Below, piece by piece: positions 11,271-24,331 of a stretch of 64,000 bases of DNA. The DNA comes from Squalus acanthias. Lineage: Eukaryota. Both the position numbers and the translations under genes were made by a program. The stretch lies in contig CM059432.1 of NCBI GenBank assembly GCA_030390025.1, forward strand, positions 115,632,001-115,696,000. The letters run 5' to 3'. Numbering within the stretch: position 1 is the first letter of the stretch; each line of letters opens with the position of its first letter. The notes under the pieces are model-generated. The model saw only the letters and a program-made list of their open reading frames with translations, made no database searches and was not told where the DNA came from.

Positions 11271-12841
11271 AATGCTGGAAATACTCAGCAGGTCAGGCAG
11301 CATCTGTGGAGAGAGAAACAGGAGTTAACTTTTCAGGCCGATGACCTTTCGTCAGAACTGGAAAAAGTTAGAGATGTAACAGGTTTTAAGCAAGTGCAGG
11401 GGCAGGGAAAGGGGGGAGGAGAGGAAAGAATAAAAGGGAAGGTCTGTGATAGGGTGGAACTCATGAGGGAGTAAATGACAAAAGGGATGAGGGTGCAAGG
11501 CAAAGGGAGATGGTAATGTGACAAGTAAAGGAACCAAAGATGAGTCTAGAAGAGGTATAAATGGGAATGGCAGAATCACCAACAGATGCCATGTGAAAAA
11601 ATAGGGGCCGAGGTTATGGTCTGAAATTGTTGAAGTCGATGTTGAGTTCAGAAGGCTGTAAAGTCTAGTCGAAAGATGAGGTGCTGTTCCTCGAGCTTAC
11701 GTTGAGCTTCGTTGAAACAGTGTAAGAGGCCGAGGATAGAGAGGTCAGAGTGGGAGTGGAGCGGAGAATTAAAGTGACAGGCGACCGGAAGCTCGGGGTC
11801 ACGCTTACGGACTGAATGGAGGTGTTACGGAAAGCGGTCACCCAATCTGCGTTTGGTCTCCCCAATGTAGAGGAGACTGCATCGTGAGCAATGAATACAG
11901 TATACTAGATTGCAAGAAGTACAGGTAAATTGCTGTTTCATCTGGAAGGAGTGTTTGGGGCCCTGGACAGTGGGAAGGGAGGAGGTAAAAGGGCAGGTGT
12001 TGCATCTCCTGCGCTTGCATGGGAAGGTGCCAGACAAAGGGGAAAGGGTGTTGGGGGTGATAGAGTAGTGGACCAGGGTGTCGCGGAGGGAGCAGTCCCT
12101 TCGGAATGCTGAAAGGGGAGGTGAGGGGAAGATGTGTTTGGTGATGGGATCACACTGGAGGTGGCGGAAATGGTGCAGTATGATCCGTTGAATGTGGAGG
12201 CTGGTGGGGTGAAAGGTGAGGACAAGGGGAACCCTATCGTGGTTCTGGGAGGGAGGGGAAAGGGAGAGAGCAGAACGGACACGGTTGAGGGCCATGTCAA
12301 CCACGATAGAGGGGAATCCTCAGTTGAGGAAAAAGGAAGACATATCAGAAGCACTAGTATGGAAGGTGGCATCGTCAGAGCAGATGCGACGAAGACAGAG
12401 AAACTGGGAAGATGGAATAGAGTCCTTACAGGAAGTGAGGTGGGAGGAAGTGTCGTCCAGGTAGCTGTGGGAGTCGGTGGGCTTATAGTGGATGTTTGTC
12501 AATAGCCTATCCCCAGAAATGGAGACAGAGAAGTTGAGGAAGGGAAGGGAAGAGTTGGAGGTAGACCATGTGAAGGTGTGGGAACAGTGGAAATTGGAAG
12601 CAAATTCAATGAAATTTTCTAGTTCAGGGCAAGAGCAGGAAACGGCAGCGATACAGTCAAAAATGTATCGGAAATAGAGGTGAGGGAGGGGACCTGAGTA
12701 GAACTGGAACAAAGAATGTTCCACATATCCCACGAAAAGGCAGACATAGCTAGGACCCATGTGGGTTCCCATAGCAACACCTTTAATTTGGAGGAATTAA
12801 GTGGGTGAAAGGAGAAGTTGTTCAATGTGAGAACAAGTTCA
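11271..12841 (-). mobile_element. Penelope-like element, 3' half
   Basis: ELVLTLNNFSF..MGTHMGPSY..YFRYIFDC (RT), GIY-YIG LLYIGETKRRLGDRF, and 3' tail. Confidence 0.9.
11323..11359 (-). ncRNA. Hammerhead ribozyme motif, mutated copy
   Basis: Reverse complement agtt CTGACGA aaggtc atc ggcct GAAA AGTT aact. A C>A change breaks the ACGT palindrome. Confidence 0.55.
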
Positions 12842-13932
12842 TAAGAACATAAGAAATACGAGCAAGAGTAGGCCATTTGGCCCTTCGAGCCTGCTCCGCC
12901 ATTCAATAAGATCATGGCTGATCTTCTACCTTACCTCCAATTTTCTGCACTATCCCCATATCCCTTGATTCCCTTAATATTCAAAAATCTATTGATCTCT
13001 GTCTTGAATATACTCAACGACTGAGCCTCCACAGCCCTCTGGGGTAGAGAATTCCATAGATTCACCACCCTCTGAGTGAAGAAATTTCTTCTCATCTCAG
13101 TCCTAAATGGCCGATCCCTTATTCTGAGACTGTGACCCCTGGTTCCAGACTCTCCAGCCAGGGGAAACATCCTCCCTACATCTACCCTGTCAAGCCCTGT
13201 AAGAATTTTGTATGTTTCATTGAGATTACCTTTCATTCTTCTAAACTCTAGAGAATATCGACCTAGTCTACTCAATCTCTCCTCATAGGACAATTCACCC
13301 CATCCCAGGAACCATTCCCCCCATCCCAGGAACCAGTCTGGTGAACCTTCGTTGCATTCCCTCTATGGCAAGTATATCCTCCTTCCTTAGGTAAGGAGAC
13401 CAAAACTGTACGCAATACTCCAGGTGTGGTCTCACCAGGGCCCTATATAATTGCAGTAAGACGTCTTTACTCTTATACTCATATCCACTTGTAATAAAGG
13501 CCAACATACCATTTGCTTTCCTAATTGCTTGCTGTACCTGCATGTTAACTTTCAGTGATTCGTGTACAAGGACACCCAGGTCCCTTTGAACACCAACATT
13601 TCCCAATCTCTCACCATTTAAAAAATACTCTGCTTTTCTATTTTTCCTACCAAAGTGGATAACTTCACATTTCTCCACATTATTTTCCATTTGCCATGTT
13701 CTTGCCCACTCACTTAGCTTGTCTATATCGCCTTGAAGCCTCCTTGCATCCTCCTCACAACTTACATTCCCACCCAGCTTTGTATCATCAGCAAACTTAG
13801 ATATATTACATTTGGTCCTCTGATCCAAATCATTGATATAGATTGTGAATAGCTGAGGCCCAAGCACTGATCCTTGCGGTACCCCACTAGTTACAGCCTG
13901 CCAACCTGAAAATGACCCGTTTATTCCTACTC

Positions 13933-14162
13933 TGTGGCGGATCGCCACCTAAAAGACATAATCCACTTTTCCTTCCGTGGACAATATATCGAGCACCTTG
14001 CCATTAAGGCAGGAGAAAAGGAGTGGGCGGGGCCTCAGGATTTTTCCAGAGAATTCTGGGAGCAGTCTGTTCAGCCATTTTGGACCATGCAGTTGTATTA
14101 AAAAGCCTTTGTTTCCCACACATGGATTCAGTCTTAATTCGTGTTTCGCGGCAGCCTCAACA
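13933..14162 (+). repeat. 5' LTR (230 bp, TG...CA)
   Basis: Direct repeat of 18035-18265; about 6 substitutions and 1 indel by manual comparison. Confidence 0.93.
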
Positions 14163-14163
14163 T

Positions 14164-14177
14164 TGGTGACCCCGACG
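14164..14177 (+). other. Primer binding site, tRNA-Trp
   Basis: TGGTGACCCCGACG, complementary to the tRNA-Trp 3' end (same as the avian sarcoma/leukosis virus PBS). Confidence 0.85.
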
Positions 14178-14202
14178 CTCAGAACGTATTCCGAGCACTG
14201 CA

Positions 14203-17200
14203 ATGGCGGACACGAACGCAGTTTCCGTGAAACTGCCGGAGTTTTGGGAAAACCAGCCTGAAGCCTGGTTTCTCCAAGCTGAATCCCGCTTCCGGCTGCG
14301 AAACATCACCACAGATGGGACGCAGTACGACTACCTCGTCACATCACTCGGTAGCGCCACAGTTTCGAAGGTTTGGACAGCGCTGCAGAACCCACCACAG
14401 GAAGGCAAGTATGCCCATCTGAAGGCAGCGCTCCTTAAAAAATTTATGGCCTCGGCATATCAGCGAAACTGCCACCTCCTCGACCTTCCAGGCCTCGGTG
14501 ATGCCTCACCGTCAGACCTCCTCTCCCACATGCTCTCCCTCACCGACGAGAGCCCACCCGGATCCCTCTTCCGCACGCTGTTCATCCGCCAGCTCCCTCT
14601 CAGCATCCGCCCAGCGATCGTGGCGTCCGGCCTCACGAACCTGGAAGCCCTGGCCGATGAGGCCGACAAGCTGCTGTCCGCTCACTCCAGCCGCGACGTC
14701 ACTCCGGACCTGGCAGCCAATGCCTGGGTGCTCCCCTCACCGGCCGCCACGCGGCCACAAGGACCAGCCACCAGGCCCACGGGGCCTTCGCGCCCCACTA
14801 ACCCGGGCCACTGTTACTACCACGCACGGTTCGGCGCCAGGGCGCAACGGTGCACACCTCCCTGCTCTTTCAAGTCCGCCCCTGTACCAGCCCCCGCGAT
14901 GGCCGTGGGCCACGCAGGCTCCCTGCTGTATGTCATGGATGACAAAACCAGCCGCCTGTTCCTGTGCGACACTGGAGCTCAGCACAGCATCATCCCGGCC
15001 TCCTCCCTCGACATCCAAAAGGGCGAACGAGGACCGGCGCTGGCTGCTGCTAACGGCTTGTAAATCCGGACGTACGGCACCCGGACAGTCACCCTTGACC
15101 TCGCTGGTCGCCGCTACCGATGGGAGTTCATCACTGCCAAGGTGCTCTCCCCTCTCATCGGCGCAGATTTCTTGTGCGCCCACGGCCTACTGGTAGACAT
15201 CCCTCGTCACCGCCTCGTGGATATGAACACCATGTCCCCCATCCTGGGCGCCATGGCCCCCCGTCTACCCGCCGACATGGCGTCACAGTGCCACGCCCGG
15301 GCCACGGATGACTACTCGGCACTCCTGGCCGAATTCCCGGCCCTTACCAATCCGACCTTCTCCGCGGAGGCCGCCAAACACGGGGTGGAACACTTCATCC
15401 CCACCACAGGCCCCCCAGTGTACGCCCATGCCCGCAGGCTGGACCCGGCCAAACTGGAGATCGCGAGGACCAAGTTTGCCACCATGGAACAGCTCGGCAT
15501 CATCCGCCGCTCCAACAGTCCCTGGGCCTCCCCACTCCACATCGCCCCCAAACCAGGCGGGGGTTAGCGCCCCTGCGGGGATTACCGCCGCCTCAACGAC
15601 GCCACCACCCCTGATCGGTACCCCGTGCCGCACATTCAGGACTTCTCGGCTAGACTGGCCGGCCGCTTAGTCTTTTCCAAGGTCGACCTGGTGCATGGCT
15701 ACCACCAAGTCCCCGTCCACCCCGCGGACGTCCCCAAGACGGCCGTAATCACCCCCTTCGGCCTGTTCGAGTTCCTGCGGATGCCCTTCGGCCTCAAAAA
15801 CGCGGCCCAGGCATTCCAACGGCTCATGGACTCGGTCCTTCGGGACCTGAAGTTCCTGTTCGTCTACCTGGACGACATCCTGGTAGCCAGTTCCTCCAAG
15901 CAGGAACACCTTGAACACCTTCGCATCCTGTTCAGGCGCCTCAGCGACCACGGGCTCATCCTCAGCCCAGCCAAATGCCAGTTCAGCCTGGACAAGATCG
16001 ACTTCCTCGGCCACTACATCACCCATGCTGGGGCCATTCCCCTGCCCACCAAGGTGCAGGCTGTCCAACAATTTCCCTGCCCCACCACCATCAAAGGCCT
16101 CCAGGAGTTCCTCGGGATGGTGAATTTCTACAACCGCTTCATCCCCAAAGCGGCGTCCCTCATGAGGCCCCTGTATGAAGCCCTCCGGGGCAGGAGCGGC
16201 AAGATGGCGGTCGAATTGACGGCAGACGCGTCCGCCGCCTTCGACTCCACCAAGACCGCGCTCGCCAACTCCACCCTGCTCACGCACCCACGGCCCAATG
16301 CCAGGGTAGCGCTCACCACGGACGCCTCCGACCACGCGGTCGGCGCCATGTATGAGCAGTGGGTCGACGGCGCCTGGCAACCACTTGCCTTCTTCAGCCG
16401 CCAACTACGCCCCCCGGAGGTCAAGTACAGCACCTTCGACCACGAGCTCCTCGCGCTGTTCCTGGCTGTCCGCCATTTTCGGTTTTTGCTTGAGGGCCAC
16501 CCCTTCACTGCGTTTGTCGACCACAAGCCCCTGACATTCGCAATGGCAAAGACAACCGACCCTGGTCCACCAGGCAGCAGCGCCAGCTCGCGGCAGTGTC
16601 CGAGTTCACCACGGACATCCAACACGTCTCCGGCCGAGACAATGTGGTAGCCGACTGCCTCTCCCGCCCCGCCATCCACGCCGCACACCTGGCAGTCGAC
16701 TACGCTCAACTCGCAGCAGACCAGATCACCGACCCTGATCTGCTCTCCGCACCTACCAACCTACCAGGGCTATGCCTGGCCGATGTCGCCTGTGGCCCGA
16801 CCGCAGTCACGGTCAAGTGCGACATATCCCTATGTCAACCTCGGCCCGTCATCCCAGCGTCCTGGCGCCGCCGGGTATTCGAGATTCTCCACAACCTCTC
16901 CCACCCCGGCGCCCGCGCATCCATCAAATTGGTAGCCAACCGCTTTGTGTGGCGCGGCCTTCGCAAAGATGTGCGTACTTGGGCCAACTCCTGCCTAGCC
17001 TACCAACGGGCCAAGGTACAGCAACACACGAAAGCACCCCTCGAGGAGTTTACCGTCCCCTCGCGTAAATTCGACCACATCCACGTGGACATCGTCGGGC
17101 CCCTGCCGCCGTTGAAAGGCCACACGCACTTGCTGACGATTGTTGACCGCACCACGCGCTGGCCCGAGGCAATTCCACTGACCTCTACCACCACCGCCGA

Positions 17201-18014
17201 CATCGCCAGAGCCTTCGTCAGCACCTGGGTCGCACAGTTCGGCGTCCCCTCCGACATGACGTCGGACAGAGGTCCGCAATTTACCTCTGAACTCTGGACC
17301 GCCGTCGCACGCAATCTCGGGGTGACCATTCACCGCACCACAGCGTACCACCCCCAAGCCAACGGAGTGTGTGAGCGGTTCCACAGATCCTTGAAGGCAT
17401 CTCTTCGAGCCAGCCTCCAGGACGGCGCCTGGACCAACCGACTTCCGTGGGTCCTCCTCGGCCTGCGCACCGCGGTTAAAGAAGACCTCCACACATCGGC
17501 AGCAGAGCTCGTGTACGGTCAGCCGCTGCGCGTACCCGGCGAGTTCCTGCCCACCGCCACGACACCCTGGTCAGCCAACCAGCAACGCCACGACTTCGCC
17601 TCACCAGTGCTGCAGTTCGCCCCGGTGCCCATTGCCCGACACGGCGAATCCACCTCACACATCCCACTAAGCCTGCACCAGGCACGGTTCATTTTCGTCC
17701 GTCACGACGCCCACCGCGGACCCCTTCAACCCCCGTACGACGGGCCCTACAAGGTGCTACAGGCTGGGGACAAATTTTTCACCCTGCAAGTGGGCGACAG
17801 ATCCGAAAAAGTGTCGGTTGACCGACTCAAGCCAGCACACTCGGAGCCCAGTGAGCAGGTCCCTGTAGCTCATCCACTGCCACGCGGCCGACCTGCCCTC
17901 AAGCCGGTTCACCCGGCTGCTCCACGCCCGGCCGTTCCACGTCCACCGGCGTCCTACAAGAGCCGCTCCGGCCGGCCCATCAGACCGCCGCACCATCTCG
18001 TCCACACCTCCTAA
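14203..18014 (+). pseudogene. Gypsy gag-pol single ORF, disrupted by two stops and one frameshift
   Basis: Gag CX2HX9CX3C, PR FLCDTGA, RT YLDD, RNase H TDASD, IN HNLSH and HVDIVG..SDRG..CERFH, GPY. Stops at 15061-15063 and 15565-15567; 1-bp deletion near 16561. Confidence 0.92.
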
Positions 18015-18034
18015 GCGGATTCTGGGGGGAGTTG

Positions 18035-18265
18035 AGTGGCGGATCGCCACCTAAACGGACATAATCCACTTTTCCGTCCGTGGACAATATATCGAGCACC
18101 TTGCCTTTAAGGCAGGAGAAAAGGAGTGGGCGGGGCCTCAGGATTTTTCCAGAGAATTCTGGGAGCAGTCTGTTCAGCCATTTTGGATCATGCAGTTGTA
18201 TTAAAAAGCCTTTGTTTCCCACACATGGATTCAGTCTTAATTCGTGTTTCGCGGCAGCCTCCACA
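18035..18265 (+). repeat. 3' LTR (231 bp, AG...CA)
   Basis: Follows the PPT ggggggag at 18024-18031. Confidence 0.93.
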
Positions 18266-18927
18266 ACTCTCTGTTTTCTGTCTGTTAACCAATCCTCCAT
18301 CCATGCTAGTATATTACCCCCAATTCCAGGAGCCCTAATTTTGTTTAATAACCTCTTGTGTGGCACCTTATCGACTGCCTTCTGAAAATCCAAATATACC
18401 ACATCCACTGGTTCCCTCTTATCTATTCTGCTAGTTACAACCTCAAAAAACTCTTAACAGATTTGTCAAACACGATTTCCCTTTCATAAATCCATGTTGA
18501 CTCTGCCCAAGCCTATTATTATTTTCAAATGCCCTGTTACCATGTCCTTAATAATAGATTCTAGCATTTTCCCTGCTACTGATGTCAGGCTAACTGGTCT
18601 GTAGTTCCCTGTTTTCTCTCTCCCTCCTTTCTTAAATAGTGGGGTTACATTTGCTACCTTCCAATCTGCGGGAACCATTTTAGAATCTATGGAATTTTGG
18701 GAAATGACAACCAATGCATCCACTATCTCCCTAGCCACCTCTTTCAAAACCCTAGGATGTAGGCCATCAGATCCAGGGGATTTATTGGCTTTCAGTCCCA
18801 TTAATTTCTCCAGTACTATTTTTTTACTAATACTAATTTCTTTCAGTGCCTCATTCTCACTAGACCCTTGGTTCTCCACTATTTCTGGGAAGATTTTTGC
18901 GTCTTCTTCTGTGAAGACAGACACAAA

Positions 18928-19662
18928 AGGCTGGATTTTGTCAATGGGGGCGCGTTGGGGGCGGGACTGCTGGTTGTCGGGTTTTAGTCCCGCCCCCAAC
19001 GACATCCAGCCAACCCACGCTATTTTCCCTTGATTGACCTTGTTAAGCCCGCCCTGCGGGTTTAGCAGGCCAATTAAGGGAAAGCCGGTGACTGAGGACG
19101 TCAGCGTATGACGTTTCTTCTGTCAAAAATTTTGTGACAGATAAATTGTCAGCATTTGACAGCTTAGAGAAGCTGTTAAGCACTGACAATCTCTGTTCTA
19201 TGGTGAGCCCTTCTGTCCCAAGGGTTGAAGCCTGCAGGAAGAAGCAAAGGTAAGTAAACTTTTTCTAACACTTTACACTCACCTCATAATTACCTCTCCA
19301 CACTTGCACCCATCACTCACCTCCACAACGGACTTTTCGACCCCTCTCATCCCCGCAGACCAACTGCTCGCCTCGCTGACCCCAGAGGGGTTTCCCGACT
19401 TCGGGAAGCCCACACTTGCAGGGGCAAAATGGGGATAATCCTCAAAACTGCCTGTTAACTACCTGTTAACAGGCAGTTAATTGGCTGTAATCCCCTTCCT
19501 GCCTCGAGGAGACAGGTCGCTGCACGAGTCGGGGACCCGCCTCCCGGGAAGATGGCACGGAGGCAGGTTGGGAGCGGGTTCGGTACCCGCTCCCGGTTTC
19601 TGCCATTTTCCCGGCAGTCCCACCTCCATACCCGCCTCCCCAGGGCTGGCAAAATTCCCCCC
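18928..19662. mobile_element. MITE inserted in the CR1, TSD AAA
   Basis: Splits CR1 sequence gacac AAA gtatttg; ends aggctggattttg / caaaattcccccc. Confidence 0.7.
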
Positions 19663-22190
19663 AAAGTATTTGTTTAATTTCTCTGCCATTCCCTTATTCC
19701 CCATTATAATTTCTCCTGTCTCAGCCTGTCAGAGACCCACATTTACTTTCGTTAATCTTTTCCTTTTTACATAGCTATAGAAGCTTTAACAGTCTGTTTT
19801 TATGTCTCTCGCTAGTTTACTCTCATATTCTATTTTCCCTTTCTTTATCAATTTCTTGGTCCTCCTTTGCTCAATTCTAAAATCCTCCCAATCCTCAGGC
19901 TTACTGCTCTTTTTGGCAACATTATAAGCCTCTTCTTTTGATCTAATACTATCTTTAATTTCTCTTGTTAGCCACGGTTGGACCACTTTTCCTGTGGGGT
20001 TTTTGAGCCTTAAAAGAATGTATATTTGTTGTAAATTATGTATTATTTTCTTTAAATGCTAGCCATTGCTTGTCACCGTCATACCTTTTAATGTAGTTTC
20101 CCAATCTACCTTAGCCTCATATCTACGTAGTTTGCTTTGTTTAGATTTAAGACCCTAGTTTCAGATTTAACTAAATCACTTTCAAACTCAATATAAAATT
20201 CTATCATATTAATGTCACTCTTCCCTAAAGGCCCCTTTACTACAAGGATATTAATTAACCCTTTCTCATTGCACAATACTAGATCTAAAATAGTCTAGTT
20301 GGTTCCTCAACATTCTGATCTAGAAAAGTATCTTGCATACATTCCATGAATTCGGCCTCCACACTATTACTGCAAATTTGGTTTGCCCAGTCTATATGTA
20401 GATTAAAGTCCCCCATGGTCACTGTATTACCCTTGTTACATGCGCCTCTAATTTCCTGATTTATACTCTGCCCTACATTACAACTACTGTTTGGGGCCTA
20501 TAAACAACTCCCACCAATGTTTTCTGCCCCTTGCTGTTTCTTAGCTCCACCCAAACTGATTCTACTTCTTGATATTCGGAGCCAAGATCCTTTCTCTCTA
20601 CTGTCTTTATCCCATCCTTTATTATCAGGGCTACCCCTATCTCTTCTAAAAGTTGAGTATCCTGGAATATTTAGTTCCCAACCTTGGCCATTTCGCAACC
20701 ATGTCTCTGTTATGGCTATTAGATCAAACCTGTTCATTTCTATCTGCGCTATTAATTCATCTATTTTGTTGCGAATGCTTCGCACATTCAGATATAGTGC
20801 CTTTAGCTTTGACTTATTTCTATTTTTCCCTGACGTCACCTTAGTCACTGATGCCTTATTACCTTTGTTACTCTCTCTGTCCCTTCCTGACCCACTCTGC
20901 TTATTTTTACCAAAAGGTCTACTCTGCTCTAGAGCCTTGACATTTCTCTCGCTGCTTTTAAATTTACTCTTTCCTGAATCCACCCACCACTGCACCCCGC
21001 ACCACCCCCCCACCCCCCACTTCATTAGTTTAAAGCCCTGTCTACTGCCCTAGTTATTTGGTTCACCAGGTCACTATTCCCAGCCCAGTTTAAGTGGAGT
21101 GTGTCCTAACGGAATAGCTCCCTCTTTCCCCAGTACTGGTGCCAGTGCCCCATGAACTGAAACCCCTTCCTCCCACATCACTCTTTGAGCCACACATTTA
21201 AACCTCTAATCTGTTTGTCCCTGTGCCAATTTGCGTGTAGCTCAGGTAACAATCCAGAGATGATTACCTTTGAGGTTCTGCTTTTTAATTTGGATCCTAG
21301 CTCCTCAAACTCCCTCAGCAGAACCTCATTCCTAGTTCTACCTATGTCGTTGGTTCCGACGTGGACCATGACAACTGGATCCTCCCCCTCCCACTCCAAG
21401 TTCTTCTCCAGCCGCGAGGAGATGTCTTTAACCCTGGCAGGCAACACAATCTTCGGAACTCTCGGTCGCGGCTGTAGAGAACAGTATCTATCCCCGACTA
21501 TACTGTCCCCTACCACAACTACATTCCTTTTCACTCCCCGCTCTTGAATGGCCTCCTGCACCATGGTGCCATGGTCAGCTTGCTCATCCATCCTGCAGGC
21601 TTTTCCCTCATCCACACAGGCAGCAAGAACCTCATACCTCTTGGACAAGGGCAAAGGCTGAGGCTCCTCCAGCACTGCACCTGGGGTCCCCTTACCTGCC
21701 TGAGTTGCAGTCACACCCTCCTGTCCTTGACTACTAACCAGACTTGTACCACTACCCAACCTAAGTGACTGCCTCTTGGATCAAAGGGTCCAGGTAACTC
21801 TCCCCCTCCCTGATGCCCCGCAATGTCTGCCCCTCAGACTCCAGCTCAAAAATTCTGAGCTGAAGTTCCTCAAGATGCAGGCACTTACTGCAAACGTGGT
21901 TGTCCGGGATCACAATGCTCTCCACAAACTCCCACATGCTGCAGTTGTGGCACGCCACCTGTACTGCCATCCCTATATAACCTTGTTTTATTTAATTAAA
22001 TGTAATTAAATTTGTAATTAGGTAACTTAGTTCACAGTGTAGTTTCTTGACTACTTACTTGATCTAGATTAAATTAAGGGTACTGAAGTTAAATATCTAC
22101 CTGTAACACAAAGCACTACAAGTAGTGTAGGCAAAAAGCAACAACTCCTTCCCCCTCTTCTCCGAATTCCCACTCTTTCCAAATTCCCAC

Positions 22191-22600
22191 GCCAAGCGGA
22201 GGAGGTTGGTGGTGGATGGGAACTGGTTGGGCCTCTGTTCAAGGAAGAAGCGGAGCGCCCTCAAGCCATCCTGGTGGGGGATGGAGGTGTAAAGGGATTG
22301 GACACCCATAGGAAAAGGAGATGGTTGGACCAGGAAACTGAAAACAGTTAAAGTGGCGGAGGGCGGAGGGAGAGTCGCGGATGTAGGTGGGAAGAGGCTG
22401 GACAAGGGGAGGAAAAATAGAGTCGAGATAGGAAGAGATCAGTTCCGTGGGGGGAGAACAGGCTGAAACGATGGGCCTACCAGGGCAGTCCTGTTTGTGG
22501 ATCTTGGGAAGGAGGTAGAAGCGGGCTATGTGGAGTTGGGGATCTATGATGTTGGCGGCCGTGGAGGGAAGATCTCCAGAGGAGATGAAGTCAGTGACGG
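22191..22600 (-). mobile_element. Penelope-like element, 5' half of the copy split by the CR1
   Basis: ARFYLLPKIHK..GRPIVS..VQSLYTSIPHQDGL..LLRLA. Joins base 12841 in frame (LLRLA|ELVLTLNNF). Confidence 0.85.
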
Positions 22601-23666
22601 TCTTTTTTCCTCAACCGAGGATTCCCCTCTACTGTGGTTGACACGGCCCTCGATCGTGCCCGTTCTATTTACCACACTTCTGCGCTCACCCTTTCTCCTC
22701 CCTCCCAGAACCACGATAGGGTTCCCCTTGTCCTCACCTTTCACCCCACCAGCCTGCACATTCAGCGGATCATCCTCCGCCATTTATGCCACCTCCAGCG
22801 TGATCCCATCAACAAACACATCTTTCCTTCCCCTCCCCTTTCAGCATTCTGAAGGGACCGCTCCCTCCGCGACACCCTGGTCCACTCCACAATCACCCCC
22901 AACACTCCCTCCCCTTTCCATGGCACCTTCCCGTGCAAGCGCAGGAGATGCAACACCTGCCCTTTTACCTCCTCCCTTCCCACTGTCCAGGGCCCCAAAC
23001 ACTCCTTCCAGGTGAAACAGCGATTTACTTGTACTTCTTACAATATAGTATACTGTATTCGCTGCTCACGATGCAGTCTCCTCTACATTGGGGAGACCAA
23101 ATGCAGATTGGGTGACCCCGAGCTTCCGGTCGCCTGTCACTTTAATTCTCCACTCCACTCCCACTCTGATCTCTCTGTCCTCGGCCTCTTACACTGTTCC
23201 AATGAAGCTCAACGTAAGCTCGAGGAACAGCACCTCATCTTTCGATTAGGCACTTTACAGCCTTCTGGACTCAACATAGAGTTCAACAATTTCAGATCAT
23301 AACCTCTGCCCCTATTTTTTCACATGGCAGCGGTTGATGATGCTGCCATTGTCATTTACACCTCTTCTAGACTTGCCTTTTGTTTCTTTACTTGTCCCAT
23401 TACCATCTCCTTTTGCCTCGCACCATCATCCCTTTTGTCTTTTAATCTCTCCTGCCCCCTCCACCCTATCACAGACTTTCCTTTTGTTCTTTCCTCCCCT
23501 CCCCCCTTTCCCTGCCTCTGCACTTGCTTAAAACCTGTTACATCTCTAACTTTTTCCAGTCCTGACTCTGTTTCTCTCTCCACAGATGCTGCCTGACCTG
23601 CTGAGTATTTCCAGCATTTTCTGTTTTTATTTCAGATTTCCAGCAGCTGCAGTATTTTGCTCTTGT
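22601..23666 (+). mobile_element. Penelope-like 3' copy, inverted relative to the adjacent copy
   Basis: GIY-YIG LLYIGETK..LEEQHLIFRLGTLQPSGLN and 3' tail, ending about 20 nt from the CTHRC1 exon 3 donor. Confidence 0.88.
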
Positions 23667-23685
23667 TTAGTGTGTTTCAAAACTA

Positions 23686-23943
<258 letters not shown>

Positions 23944-24331
23944 TCAAAATATCGTGCATATGCTCTGACTTTGTAAATCACATTCTCTTCTATCAGTTAA
24001 ACTCCACATACAAATAGATGAATCTATAAAGGCAAAACTCATCCATTGTCACTTTAAAAACTTCATGTACACTTTGTGCCACTCCCCCATGCAGTTCATC
24101 TGGTAAACTTAGCTACAATAAACCTTATTTTTGCACATTTCACATATACCTATTTGTTGTGAAAATAAAGCCCACTTGAATGTTTGTCCTTTCAATAATC
24201 CCATCATGCACATGCTCGATGTAGAAATTTATCCCTTATAATTAGTCAGGTGTATATTTCCTAATTTATAGTGTAGAGTACATTTTGCAAGATACATCTT
24301 TGTTTTACACATGCCACACATCAGACACAGT

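Larger units (their letters stand above)
13933..18265 (+). mobile_element. Full-length Gypsy/Ty3 LTR retrotransposon, CsRn1-like
   Basis: Two LTRs, 4-bp TSD ACTC (13929-13932, 18266-18269), tRNA-Trp PBS, PPT, and gag-PR-RT-RH-IN order. Confidence 0.95.
12842..22190 (-). mobile_element. Near full-length CR1 LINE (ORF1 zinc finger + SGNH esterase; ORF2 APE + RT), decayed, with nested insertions
   Basis: ORF1 CHNC..CSKC, GDSIV..GTND; APE YLNVRSIRNK..AITETWL; RT GVPQGSVLGP..FADD; (TTCTTATG)n tail at 12842. Confidence 0.92.

Noticed and set aside
15061..15063. Programmed gag-pol stop-codon readthrough
   Set aside because: The TAA lies inside the protease domain, after the DTG motif; it is more likely a CAA>TAA mutation.
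14460..18050. Long antisense and alternate-frame ORFs over the Gypsy element (and over the LINEs)
   Set aside because: These are shadow frames of GC-rich or codon-biased TE coding sequence with no recognisable domains.
22191..22600. Twin-priming 5' inversion belonging to the + Penelope copy
   Set aside because: The segment joins base 12841 exactly in frame, so it is the 5' half of the - copy split by the CR1.
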